Origin: Felis catus
Taxonomy: Eukaryota
Assembly (NCBI RefSeq): GCF_018350175.1
Contig: NC_058368.1
Location: forward strand, 33,110,001-33,174,000
DNA length: 64,000 nucleotides
Reading direction: 5' to 3'
Shown: positions 51,169 through 64,000 of the stretch, piece by piece
Position numbering within the stretch: position 1 is the first letter of the stretch
How the letters are laid out: every line of letters begins with the position of its first letter
Made by a program: the position numbers and the translations under genes
Notes under the pieces: model-generated
Seen by the model: the letters and a program-made list of their open reading frames with translations, nothing else
Databases searched by the model: none
What the model was told of the DNA's origin: nothing

Positions 51169-51660
51169 AACAATCAATGACTTTTTGATATTATTATTTG
51201 ATTTCCTGGTACATTCTAAATGAATAAATATTTTAGCATTGTATTAACAATCAAAGAGTAGTACTCTCATGTATATCGTCCTCCATTAGGTACAATTTTC
51301 ATTTTCTGAATTAAAAGGTTTTTATCTATCTAAACCTTGTTTATATTTTAAAAAGGAAATTGGAAGGCAAGCATTGCTCTGGTAACAACAAGGAACTCAA
51401 ACTTTTCTACAAGATACTATTTCATTTGATTCATTTAACAAATTGCTAACTTATTGAAAGGAAATAGTATCATTTGTATTTATAAATAATGAAACCAAAA
51501 GTTAGATAATTCGAAAGAGTTGATCAAGATAATAAAGAAACTTAACAAGAGAAATCCAAGTCTCTCTTAGAGAAATTACTTTTACTGTAAAACCTACACA
51601 AACACAGAAAAAGCTATATTCAAATACATGTTTTATTATGTCCTTGGCTTGACTTAAATA

Positions 51661-51876
51661 TTTATAAACATTTTTTAATGTTTATTTATTTTTGAGAGAG
51701 AGACAGAACGAGTGCACATGCATGCAAGTGGGGGAGGGGCAGAGAGAGAAGGGGACCTAGAATCCAAAGCAAGCTCCAGGCTCTGAGCCCAATGTGGGGC
51801 TCGAAATCACAGGACCAAAAGATCATGACCTGAGCTGAAGTCAGATGCTCAACCAACTGAACCCCCCAGCCCCCCC
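51661..51876 (-). mobile_element. CanSINE with a small internal deletion
   Basis: TSD ttgacttaaatattt on both sides. Confidence 0.92.
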
Positions 51877-51962
51877 ATTGACTTAAATATTTTTAAAGGA
51901 AATTATGTTTTACTTCAAAATTCCTATGAGTTAATTTAACAAATTAGACATATTTTTAATCA

Positions 51963-52270
51963 TGGTTGACCCTTGAATAACACAGGTTTGAACTTCATGG
52001 ATCCACCTATAGGCAGATTTTATTTTTATTAGTACAGTAATATAAGTATATTTTCTCTTCCTTAAGATTTTATTAACATTTTTTCTCTAGCTTACCTTAT
52101 TATAAGAATACAGTATATAATACATGTAACATACAAAATATTGTTAATTGGCTGTTTATATTATTGATAAGGTCAACAGCAAGCTACTGATAGGTAAGTT
52201 TTAAGGAAGTCTAAAATTATACATAGATTTTTGATTGTGCATGGGTAGGAGGAGGCAGTCAGCACCCCTG
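51963..52270. mobile_element. Tigger2a-like DNA transposon (MITE)
   Basis: 'gttgacccttgaataacacaggtttgaact..ctagcttaccttattataagaatacagtatata..ggtcaacag'. Confidence 0.8.
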
Positions 52271-52379
52271 TTTAGCATTAATGATGATGCATCATAGCTG
52301 TGGTTCCACTTTTGCCACATGAATCAGACTTATTCTCCACCATAAAAACCGTATGTTGGGTTAAGTGTTTTCAGGCCTT

Positions 52380-52860
52380 GAATCACTGTGATCCTTGAGG
52401 GATAAAACATATGAATTTACTTTTATGATATACCCAGGTTTAATCCCAGAGTACTTTCTCAGTGGCAGTATAGAGAGGGCCACAAGGTGTTCTCACTGAG
52501 TGTGAAGGCCAAGTTACAGCCAGGGCTGCTGAAGTGGTTAGAATTTGCTGGGCAGCGAATCAAAAAGGCCTATTGTATAAAAGAAAAGAGGTTCCGAAAT
52601 CTGAGTGGATTTGACCGTATATCACTGTGTTGTTGGCTAATACCTGAGGTACACATACAAGATTCCGTGAGGAGAGCAGCTGAGAAATGAAGGAAGATAC
52701 CAGAGTTGGGCAGTCTTGGGGGGCTTTGTATTTCAGACCAGTCAAGGTAGAGACCATGCTGATCATTTCAAGTATTTAGCTGTGTCTGAAGAAGGCTTGA
52801 AAAATAAGGGGGACACCCTAGAGTAAAAGTCATACCTTAGCGTGCAAACAAAGGATAAAA
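52380..52860 (+). mobile_element. Old L1M 5'UTR-like fragment
   Basis: 'actgtgatccttgag' resembles the start of the relic at ~400; weak support. Confidence 0.4.
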
Positions 52861-55087
52861 GTAAACCTCTGATTAAGAGAATTTACCAGGAATTCAACTG
52901 AGCAAAATAATTTCAACTTAAACCACTATGTTTCCCATCAATTAACCGTAACCTTGCTGTTAATTTGAATCTCATTCTGTATGTCAGATCTAATATCCTT
53001 AAAATGTTATTTCCTGCAGCTGAAGATAAATATCTTGAGAATGAATAAGTATGATATTATCAAATAATATTATATATTATTTGTGGGGATTTTTGGCCAA
53101 CTCCTAAAAAGTTAAAGTAACTATTTCTATGAGAAATAGAGAGGTCTTAATGATATAAATGCCAAAGAGGTCATTCAAAAAGAAATCTTTCAAGAATGTG
53201 TTTAAAAATGTGAAACATAACATAAGGGAAGAGATATTTGGCTTATGTACTATTGATACTAATATCAACATTTTAGATGACAACCAGAGCATTTCTTGTT
53301 TCTTTTAGTAGAATACTGAATAGGTTAACTCTCAACAATAAATATATTCTTTAAATGAAACCACAATGTAGTTTTTAATATGTGCTTTCTTCATTGCCAA
53401 ATGATTTCTCTTTGGAAATAAAATGTGAACTGTAAGTAAGACTATGACTTTTATGATTAGCCTATCATTTCCAAAAATCTAAGCTGCCCTGTAATTGTAT
53501 ATCAGACACTCCAGTGAGAGTTTAATTTTTGGACAGTTCAGGAGTATTTGATAATTTATTAAGGTTGACTGAAATGTTAATAAAGATTTTACAAAAGGCT
53601 AAATTAAGACTAAATAGAATATGGCTTAGACACTAAACAAATTCTGGCTCGTAAATTAGGCTGTTTAGAATACTGTTATAAGCAATCTACTTTTAAAATC
53701 AATAATACTAAATTTTATTACAAATTTTAAGTATACTCATTTTATACCAAGCGGGTTGTCTCAAAATGTTTATTCTTATTTAAATAAAATTACTCAAAAC
53801 TTATCTTCACTTATTGAAATATAATTTAATAAACATAATATTTGAAAATATTAACATTTAAATGTCAACAACCATGTTCAAAATAAGGTTTTTTTTGAAG
53901 TTGGTAAAGGAAAAAAAATCTATACTCAAAACTTTGACCAAATTATTTAATTTTCCTTATTACCTAATCCTTGATAAGTGTTTCATGTTTTAATGTCTTT
54001 GCTGCTTTAAAAAATTGAAGGTGGAGGTCATTTTCTCCGACAGAATCTCTGAACATTCATTATCAACAGACACTGAAAAAATTAAAACTGTCATATCCAG
54101 AAGTACACATTGATAGAAAACTGCTACTTTGGTGTCTAATTTTGTTTTGAGAAAGTATTTAATATTAGACTGTCCATCATGTTAGTATAGAAGATCTAAA
54201 TATGGTAGATAATTTTAAAGCACTCAGTGTCAATGTTATGTCACCTACCAATTACAGCATATTGAAAGAAAAATGAATGACATATACTTTCCTGAAAAAA
54301 TATTCAATACATTCTTTTTGATGGTAACTTTATCCTTCATGCATTTTTCTTTTCCTGTAATTGGTAATAATAGAAAATAATTGTGACTTACATAATAGGC
54401 TATACAAATTACATTCCAAATTTTCACCAAATAACTGAGCCACATATATGAATGGTTCAATTTTTCTTCATAATTAAAAAATTAATAACATTCTAATAAA
54501 AGTGGTTTTATGTTTCTGGTGAGTTTATTTAGATTCCATTAGTATTACAAATATTGAAAAATAATTTATTAATTAGAAGAATGACTGCAAATACTGTTTT
54601 GGTAATTTGTATTCATCTTTTCCTAGTAGATAATTAAAAGATAATGATGTAATTTTAACATGCATGTTTATTTTACCTTTCTTGGTCAATAAATACGTTC
54701 TGAAACAAACAGAATAACTCATGTGAATCTAATGTCAAATAGGAAACTTTAGAAAAATAACTGAGTTTCAAAATTAATTTTTACTAGCATGTCCCCGAAT
54801 ACATGTTTTATTATGTTTGGGGAGTTCAGAGTTTTTTAATGTATCTTTTTTTGTCTCTTAATAATTTTAGAACATTATTATCTATTCTTTATTCTAATAA
54901 AATTTTATTTAAAAAAAAAAAAACAGTTGTCAGATGGACCATAGTTAGCCTACCTCTGGAAAAGACAAGTATTGGTTATCTTATTTGACCTTTACTATTG
55001 TTTTACTGAAAATAAAATGGTGTTTTGATGTTCATTTCTTCATAACTAACTCCAGCATTGGTACCAGTTACCAAACACTTGAATAAT

Positions 55088-55398
55088 TTTTTTTCTTCCA
55101 AGATTTTATTTAAATTTAAATTAGTTAACATATAGTGTAGTATTGTTTTCAGGAGTAGAGTTTAGTGAGTCTTCACTTACAAACAGCACCCAGTGCTCTA
55201 CACAGCAAGTATCTCCCTTACTACCCATCACCAATTTAACCCACCTCCCCACCCACTTCCCCTCCAGCAACCCTCAGTCTGTTCTCAATAGTTAATAGTC
55301 TCTATGGTTTGCCTCTCTCTTTTTTTCTCCTTCCTCTATATTCATCTTTTTGGTTTCTTAAATTCAACCCGAGCGAAATCATATGGTATTTCTCTTTC
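55088..55398 (-). mobile_element. Carnivore L1 3'UTR fragment
   Basis: 'cccatcacc..cccacctccccacccac..cctccagcaaccctcag' is homologous to the reverse complement of 9710-9770. Confidence 0.88.
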
Positions 55399-55757
55399 TT
55401 ATCTATTTTTTAATGAAATAAACATTTTGCCCTGTCTTCTCTGTCTCTCATCCTTCTCAATTTTCTGTTATATGTGTGCCAGATCAGTTCGTATAATCCA
55501 ACAGCTTTTGTATGGTAAATATCAAATTTTTCCCACTGTCTCTTTCCTTTTGAGTAATTTTCACAGGCCTGTTTTTTCAGTTCACTTATCTTTCTAAGCT
55601 GTATCCAATCTTCTATTACATCCAAAGAAATAATTTATAATGTTCAGTATTGTGTCTTTTTAAAATTCTAGCATTTGACCTTTTAAAAAATTCCTTTGTT
55701 TCTCTGCTAAAGTCTTTCAGATGTTTTTTCATATTATCCACCTTGTACACAAAGTTT

Positions 55758-55826
55758 CTTAATATTTATATTATTTATATTTTGAGAGGGAGAGAGAGAG
55801 AGGGAGAGAGAGAACAAGTGGGAAGG

Positions 55827-55870
<44 letters not shown>

Positions 55871-56004
55871 GACCAAATTTGAAGCAGGCTCCAGGCCCTG
55901 AGCTGTCAGCACAGAGTGGGACACGGGGCTCAAAACCATGAACCATGAGATCACGACCCAAGTCAAAGTCAGACACCTAACCAACTGAGCCATCCAGGTG
56001 CCCC
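55758..56004 (-). mobile_element. CanSINE with an expanded (GA)n tract
   Basis: Ends 'ctgagccatccaggtgcccc'. Confidence 0.93.
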
Positions 56005-56079
56005 AATTACTTTATCTCTTTATAATGGTTCTTACTTTTTGTGTTTCTAATAATTGAGTCATATTAAATAGGAGAAGCA

Positions 56080-56400
56080 CACTTATTATGGGAAAAACAT
56101 GCCTGGTACATTCAGGAGCACCAGAAGAGCCCTATGCATGGAAGTGAGTGATTGAGGAGACAGAACACCAATATATGTTAGAGATATTGTGGGAGCCAGG
56201 TTATTTGGGGTTTTATAGGCCATTTTCAGGACCTTGACATTTATTATCCAAGCCATGTTGGGAGACTGGAGTTTTGAGTTTGAGCTGAGTATAGGCCATC
56301 CAGGTGCACATGCCAAACAGTTAGTTGGATATATAAGCCTCAAGTATGGGAGAGATGTCTGACATGATGAATTCAATTTGAGGGTTACCTCAAATTAGGT
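56080..56400 (-). mobile_element. L2 fragment
   Basis: 'catgcctggtacattcagga..ataggccatt..aggacctt..cagttagttggatatata' resemble antisense L2. Confidence 0.55.
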
Positions 56401-57239
56401 AATTCTGACATACCACGAAGATAGTTTCTGTCCTGGGCTTTGAGACCTGGGAGGACCATGATTTATCCATTGTCTGACTCTCCACCTCGCCTTAGTGCAG
56501 TAGTTTGTGCACTAAAGGCACATGCCCACCTGGAATCCCCACAACCCCTTCTAAACCCTATTTCAAATATTTAGAATGACAAAATATTCTACCAAATGTT
56601 TCAAGAATACTTACAGTGCCTGTGTAGGACCTTTCTTGAATCCAGAGGATAAGCAAGCAATGACTGTTCCCAGGCATATAGATAGAATTCATACTTCCAT
56701 CCAGGCATATCTTTCTTATGACATGTATGTGGGACCTTTTTAAGTGCAGGGGAGAGCATATTGTGGAAAAACATGGCAATGTGCTATAGGCCAGGCCCCA
56801 AATCCCCATATCACTACAATGAGTCACTCTACGAATTTTAAACTCAAAATTTGGCCATTCATGATTTGGTAGGTACATCAAAGTATGCTATTATAATGAA
56901 TTATATTTGAGTTCATTATATTAATGTTTCATAATATAACTTAGACAAATGTCATGTGAGCCTCCATGGAAACATTTATACTTTGCAACATAAATGTTAG
57001 AAAGTCCATTTTGGAATCCTGGGTATATAAATATTATTGAAAGCCACAATCTAGAGGCAACTACAATGACAGTAACTAAAAACAGAGTAAAAGTAGCACG
57101 ATAGAAACTCTAAAGATGCGCCTCCAGTAAGAAATTGATGAGAAGAAAAATAACTTGCAATAGGTCCTGAGAATAAGTTACTAGTGAGGTAGAATTAAAA
57201 GTAGGAGATTGAGTTATAGTATAGAAAACATATCAGAAT

Positions 57240-57445
57240 GGGGAGCTTGGGTGGCTCAGTCGGTTGGGTACCTGACTTTGGCACAGATCATGATCTCATG
57301 GTTCATGAGTTCAAGCCCCACTTTGGGCTCTGTGCTGACACCTCAGCCTGGAGGCTGCTTCTGATTCTGTGTCTCTCTCCCTCTCTGCCCCTCCGACTTG
57401 TGCTCTGTCTGTCTCTCTCTCAAAAACAAACATTAAAAATAAAAT
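57240..57445 (+). mobile_element. CanSINE
   Basis: Full diverged body; TSD core tatcagaa. Confidence 0.92.
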
Positions 57446-57716
57446 TATCAGAACAGAGGGAGTGGCCAACTATGTCGTATGCTGCTGATAGATCACAAGT
57501 TGACCATTGGCATTTATGAACCTGGAAGTCACTAGTAAACTAGATCAGAGTGTTCTTCATGACATAATAGTAGTAAGAATATGATTGGAAATTCAGAGTT
57601 TATTTTTTTAAATATAGTGATATATGAATATTGAAAAAAATAAGAAAAATATTCATGAATCTTTCTGTGTCTAATAGTACGCATTAGAAGTATTAATTAA
57701 AAATAATTATACATGT

Positions 57717-57942
57717 GGGGCACCTGGGTGGCTCGGTTGGTTGAGTGTCCGACCTCTGCTCAGGTTATGATCTCAAGGTTCATGAGTTCAAGCCCCACAT
57801 CAGGGTCTGTGCTGACAGCTGGGAGCTGTTTGGAGCCTGCTTTGGATTCTGTGTCTCCCTCTCTCTTTGTTCCTCCCCAGCTCCTGCTTGATTGCTTGCT
57901 CTCTCTCTCTCCCTCTCAAAAATAAATAAACATTAAATTTTT
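57717..57942 (+). mobile_element. CanSINE
   Basis: Full body; TSD core aaaataatt. Confidence 0.94.
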
Positions 57943-58359
57943 TAAAATAATTTTATATGCAAAGAAACCTGACAGGTAACTCCTTGCAGAAGGACACTTT
58001 CAGAAAATAGTCTCACTTTTTCCTAAAGTAGAAAAAATACATAAAATGTCAGAGAACAACCTCAATCAGTTCTACAAATTATAAATTCTTGCTTGATAGC
58101 ATAAAATAATTAAAAACTTGTATCTTATAAATTATATTTTGTGACTTAATACACAATTGAGTTTGTATTCCCATATTTATCTATTTAGAAAATTAAACAT
58201 TAATGAGATCTAGGACTAGAGTTCCTTTATAGAAGTTTTTATTTAGCATTCATTCAGTTTGTGAAATAGATACATGATTATTAGGCTTTTCTATTTCTTC
58301 TTGTGTCAACTTTCAGTATTTTTCAAAGAATTTTGCCTTTTTCTTACATTTTTTTCTTT

Positions 58360-58670
58360 CTGTTATTTTCACAGTTTTATTGAGGCATAACTGATATACC
58401 AAATAAACCCTGAGCAAATTTAGTGTACAGTTTGATGAGTTTTAACATATGTATCTCTATATGTACATCAGTATAATCAAAGTGATAAAAATATTCATGA
58501 CCTCCAAAGTTTCTTTGTATCTCTTTGGTTTTATTTTATATGCATGAATGGTAAGAATACTTAACATGGAATCTCTTAAGAAATTTTTAGTAGCAACACT
58601 ATTGTTAACCATAGACACTGTGTTTTGTTGCAGATATCTGTAACTTTATCATTTTGTATTGCTGTAACTT
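58360..58670 (-). mobile_element. Old L1MA/MB 3'UTR fragment
   Basis: 'tttattgaggcataactgatata..gtgtacagtttgatgagttt..tattgttaaccataga..ctgtaacttt'. Confidence 0.7.
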
Positions 58671-61602
58671 TATATTTTTTAATTTTTTCCACATGAAAAT
58701 TTTATGGCTCTTTTTTGTCTTTTATGAACTTTCTTGAGTTACTTTGGTGTTGTTGTGTAATGATATTGGTGGCTCTTATTTCAATCAGTCTGACCTAGGT
58801 TTATAAATGTAATTATTCTTTTTGAAGAACCAATGTTTGTATTTATTGAAACTCACTATTGTAAGGGTATTTTCTATATCATTAATTTTAGCTCTAAGTC
58901 TCTAGCCCTATTATTATGGCTTAGTCTAATATTTTATTTTAGTACATGCATGTAGATTTTCAGTCAACTAGACATATGTGGGTGTTCTCAGTGTCCCCAT
59001 ATCTGTCTCATTGCCCAATTCTTCTTGTATTTCTCCCTATTCTGTGAATCAATTGCTTGTCCTGACTAGGACTGGATCTTCAGGCTCCCTGTCATTTCCT
59101 ACCACAGATTGTCATTGTTACTGAGCGTGCTGCAGGACATGGAGATTTTGAGCTCCACTTTAAATCAAGTGGCACCTTCAGGCAGCAAAACTTCTTGTTC
59201 TCTGCCCTCTGACTGGCCCTCAGTCAGTGTTGTCAAAGCCACCGGTAGAAGGGGAGGGGAACAGCCCTGTACAGGAAATTCACAGACTCCCACTCTCTTG
59301 ACCCAAAGGGCAACTGTTTATACTGAATACATTTTTCAGAGTTATCTGTACTCTTTAGTTGATTTTTATAGCCTTGAGGTGAAAAATTTATCTAGTTGAA
59401 ATTCTTTTTAGTTGATAGGATTTCCCAAGCTCCTCCTCTACTGTAATGAAATCCCTGTCCTCTGTAAGAACTCATTTTTTAAAATATAGCAAGCAGAGAG
59501 AGACAATTATGGGAGTGCACAAATAGCCCCTAGTCTGCAACAACCTCAGAACTTACTAGAAGTACTGTGAAGGAAGTTGTATTTCCTAGAGTCACATGGG
59601 ATTTGAGTTCAAGAATTTTTTACTTCAATCTTAAAGGAAAGGCTAATTCAGTTCCAGAGGCCTAGAAATCTTGGAAATGTTCAGGATAAACAGAGATGTT
59701 AACTAAATCAAGTTAGGTAGGTTACTCAAAGTTTTCAAAAAGAAACTGTATTTAAATTAGTGTTTTTTGTGACTCCAGAGTCCTTGTTCTTAACCACTGA
59801 AATTAAAAATCAAGTGAATCCTGAAACGTCATCATCCTTACTCACCTTAAATCCATTCTATGAGACATCCGATATCTCCTTGATATAGTATTCATTCTGT
59901 ATTAGGATGTACAAAACCACTTTTTCTAGGTTATCTAAAATTTGTGGTCCTGCTTTCCTATTACATATTTACATTTATTTACATCTTAGAACAAGATTAA
60001 AGGGGATTGTTCACTTAAGTAATTGCATTAGTACAATAAATTGTTTTTTACCTTTAGGCATAATAGCAAATAATTTTATTGAAAGGAATCCTCAAGTATC
60101 TTTTTTTTTTTTTTTTTGCTTTAACCTAATAAGTGGTTGATTGCAAACACCTATTCTAGTAAATGAATATGCACTTCTTTTATAGCCATTATATTTCAAA
60201 TTGTGGGTTGTCAAAATTTACACACACACAAACATACACATACTCAAAATGTCATGGAACCCTAAATTCTGGAAATGTGAATTGCTATGAGATTTAAAAA
60301 CATAGGATCCTGGGAGGTACAGTGAAGTTGGTGAGGTATATTTCCAAGCTGACAAGTAATGGTTTCTGAGGGAAATTTCTTATTGCTGAGTACTAAAGTT
60401 CTCTCTGTTGACTTATTCCCAGAGTAGTAACCATTTGCCACTGATCAGGAGTACAGTCGAAGAGGCAGATGGAAGTTATTGGAAGAGGGTGGAATAGAAT
60501 GGAGTTCCCGAGTTTCAACTGGAGAATTGAAAGAGTAATCTTAGACACATAGGCAGTGATTCTCAGAAGAGTTATTTCATTTTAATCTCAAGGAGTTAAG
60601 AATATCTAAGAACTGCCTAAAATATGTTACTCTGTAGCTTACTCTCTATGTGAAATTAACTCTTGAGACTGCTAGTCTTCTAATAGTTTTATATTATTTC
60701 CTTTATTATGTTGTTCCTTAAATAATTCTCTGCTGGAGGGTGGAAAATGACACAGGCTATTTTTAACTTGCTCACCAAAGAAGATTTGCAATATTTCTGG
60801 TATTGAGTACTTTCAGTTGTTGCTTTAATGATTCTATGGTGTTTGTCTTTTCTTTTGCTTCTCCCTTTTCCCCCATTCAATTAACACTTAATGTGCTTTG
60901 ATTGATTTTTTTCATCCACAATCCATTTTCAACTATGATTCAATTATCCATCATTATTGTGAGAAGTAAATTTTAAAAAATCCATTTAAAGACAGAAAAT
61001 GAGTTAAATCAAGGTCTTCTTAAATAGAAAACCCTTAAAGCAACACACCAAATTTACTGCGTAGCTGATCAGAATTTGAATGAAAAACAACCCAAGAGAT
61101 TACAATAGTACTTGGTCTTTCACAAATAAAATCATCAGTCTAATGGATATTTGGAGATAATCAAAAGAGAGAAAGATGCTGTTCCAGTACAATGTTTACT
61201 ATCTGGAACCTTCAGTTGATTCTAAAGTCAAATTGATCACAAACAATGAATAGAAGAGTACGTATGAGACAGAACTCCATAATCCATAGAAAATCCATTA
61301 TAGTTGTAGTTAGTCATTTTTGATACAATGTTTGTCCATGTTTCTGTTTTTAAACCTATTTTTCTCGGTTAAAAATAAAATATAAAAGTTAGTTTTTAGT
61401 GCAAAGAATCATTCTATTTTTATTTCATCATGTATTTTTGTCTGCACAATTTGGAACTCTATGATAACCTATTTTTTAAGTAATAAGCTTAAATGGAAAG
61501 GAAGCTTAGTTCCTAAGGTACGATTCAAATGCATGCCATTAGTTTCTAAAAAACATATAAATATAAGGTATCATATATATAAATGTAAATAAAATGCATC
61601 AT

Positions 61603-61779
61603 GTGGTGCCTGGGTGGCTCAGTCAGTTAAGGATCCAACTGTTAGTTTAAACTCAGGTCGTGTTCTTATGGTTCATAGGATTGAACCCCACACTGGGCTC
61701 TCTATGCACTGACAGCACAGAGCCTGCTTGGAATTCTTTCTTCCTCCCTTTGTCTCTGGCCCTCCCCCACTTATGCTCG

Positions 61780-61814
<35 letters not shown>

Positions 61815-61848
61815 TCTTTCTAAAAATAAATAAATATACTTAAAAAAA
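61603..61848 (+). mobile_element. CanSINE (older) with (CT)n
   Basis: 'ggtgcctgggtggctcagtcagttaag' head and A tail. Confidence 0.92.
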
Positions 61849-62334
61849 TGAAAGGCATCAAAGAAATCACTAATATCTCTTCATTTTAAATTATTAAATT
61901 TATAAAATTTTGAAATATATTAAAGTGTAATCTTTTACTTGTGGTTTCTAAGATTAATAATAATACTTAGGGTTACCATAGTATTTTAATTTACTTAGCC
62001 TATGCCAGGGTACAGAGTGTTTGCCAATCTTTTGCCAAGATGAAACTGAATTGAAAAGGAGACTCCAAAAATGCTTTTTCTTTTCAAATTGTTGAAGACA
62101 GAGATGAGCTGCCCTGATTTTACTCCAAGCAAAGACTTGCTGTTCTCTCATGGAGAGTGTGGCCAATAGATAGCTTCCACCTGTCGGTTGCTTCAGGATT
62201 TCCCTCAGCTGACTGTGGTCAACTCCTTCCAGAAAAAAATCCCTATTCCATGACTGAGCAAGGTGGTAATATAAAAGTCCAGCCAATTGGCTCAATATGG
62301 GACAACTTTGGTAGACAATATTCGCTCCAGAGTG

Positions 62335-62553
62335 TTTTTTTTTTAATGTTTATTTATTTTTGAGAAAGAGAGAGACAGAGAGATAGACAATGAGTGGAGG
62401 AGGAGCAGAGAGAAGGAAACACAGAACCTCAAGCAGGCATCAGGCTCTGAGCTGTCAGTAAAGAGTCTAACTAGGGACTCAAACCCACGAACCATGAGAT
62501 CATGACCTGAGCCAAAGTCGGATGCTTAACTGACTGAGCCACACAGGCGTCCC
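62335..62553 (-). mobile_element. CanSINE
   Basis: Full reverse body; TSD core gctccaga. Confidence 0.94.
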
Positions 62554-63065
62554 TGCTCCAGAATTTCGTAGAGGGATGGCTGAAGTTTTGTTGGCTTGCA
62601 TGTCTGTTCAGCTTATCCAGCTGCCTAATTTTACCTTTCCACTCTTCCCATCGTACAACTCGTTCCTTAACAAATATCTTGTATTCCAAATTCTATCTCA
62701 ATGGATAGTTTTGGAAAACCCAAACAACAATTACAATAAAGTAGATAGCTTATTTGTTGCAAGAGGTCTTTGATGTGAAGTCTAAGCTACCTTTCTAGCT
62801 TTATGTTGTTTCTGATGATTAGTCTCTTTAGGACCTCTGTGCTGTCTTTTGTGTACTTTGTAGCATATCAGTAAACTGCCATAACCAAAGAAAGGAGCAT
62901 CCTCTATATAAGTGCACGGATAGATGGATAGGTACATATATATAAAGTCCTTCCTTCCTTTTCAAAAAGTTAAGGGTAAATCAGTATCTATATGTAATAT
63001 AATTCTACAATATTTATGGTCAAAGTATTCTTGAAAAATGACTTTTTTCCAGTAGGATGTCTGTC

Positions 63066-63270
63066 TTTTAAAAAAATTAATGTCTACATTTTATTTTTGA
63101 GAGAGAGAGTGGGGAAGGGGCAGAGAGAGAGGGAGGCACAGAATCTGAAACAGGCTCCAGGCTCTGAGCTGTCAGCATGGATCCTGATGTGGGGCTCAAA
63201 TCCACACACTGTGAGATCATGACCTGAGCAGAAGTTGAACACTCAACCCAAAGAGCCACCCAAGCACCCC
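63066..63270 (-). mobile_element. CanSINE
   Basis: Full reverse body; TSD core agtaggatg. Confidence 0.94.
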
Positions 63271-64000
63271 AGTAGGATGCCTTTCTAATATACCTTTAAA
63301 AGTAATATCTTTACAAATACACATAGATACATTTATATATTACCCTATAAATAAGTAGTTTTTATTTATAAAACAAGCAAATATTTGCACTGGATGTAGA
63401 AAATATTAGTTCATTTAGCTGTAATATATGTGATTGTGCCATATATTTTGCTCTATCATTCTGAATAATTTCCCTCTACAATAATTCCCCAATAATTTAA
63501 TTATCAAGTCTAAACAAATAGGTAGAATGATATTTGTTTTCCAACCAAGGATATTTGTTTTATGAAAGTAGACTGTAGCTCTGCGCTAGGTATTGATAGA
63601 GGCCTTCGCATCATTTTCTCTCTTATAGTGCTAATTTTCATTTTATTTTGGTTATTATAGTTCTTTAAAAATGTCTGATTATTTAAAATATTAACATAAT
63701 AACTAGAGACTTTTCCTAAATGCAGCAGATTAATCTTAAGTTTACATGTTTCTATATTGGACCAATTCTTAAATTCAGCAAACTATAAAAATATGCATTT
63801 TGTAAATTATTTACAAATTTGCTTCCTAACTCCAATTATTACATTTATTCCCCCACATAAATTTTCTGTCGTTTCACTTAGTGTTAAATGTTTTTAAATA
63901 CATGTTCAATAAATACATAATATATCAATTTATGTTTCCTTTTGTTCAGTGGCACAATATTTTCAAGTGTGCTTTTTGGAGGTATTGCAGATATTTAGTT

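Overview
This is AT-rich mammalian genomic DNA, almost certainly felid, judged from about 23 tRNA-derived CanSINE/SINEC_Fc-type elements and felid-type L1 3' ends. It reads as intergenic or deep intronic, and I found no host protein-coding exon, RNA gene or CRISPR array. Nearly all ORFs in the track come from L1, SINE or microsatellite sequence. The main content is: (i) a full-length but dead 6.4 kb LINE-1 at 3427-9853 with a 20-bp TSD; (ii) a young 5'-inverted (twin-primed) L1 at 18598-19950 with a perfect 14-bp TSD; (iii) a tandem pair of ultra-short L1 3' ends inside one 21-bp TSD; (iv) a tail-less, TSD-less young L1 internal fragment; (v) many old L1M, L2, MIR, MaLR/ERVL LTR and DNA-transposon relics, including a nested cluster at 38.6-41.5 kb. 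I do not see a convincing new biological system. The most interesting signals are repair and retrotransposition scars inside the L1s, a near-consensus CTCF motif and a long antisense ORF in the L1 5'UTR. Repeat subfamily names are recalled from consensus motifs and need RepeatMasker/Dfam confirmation.
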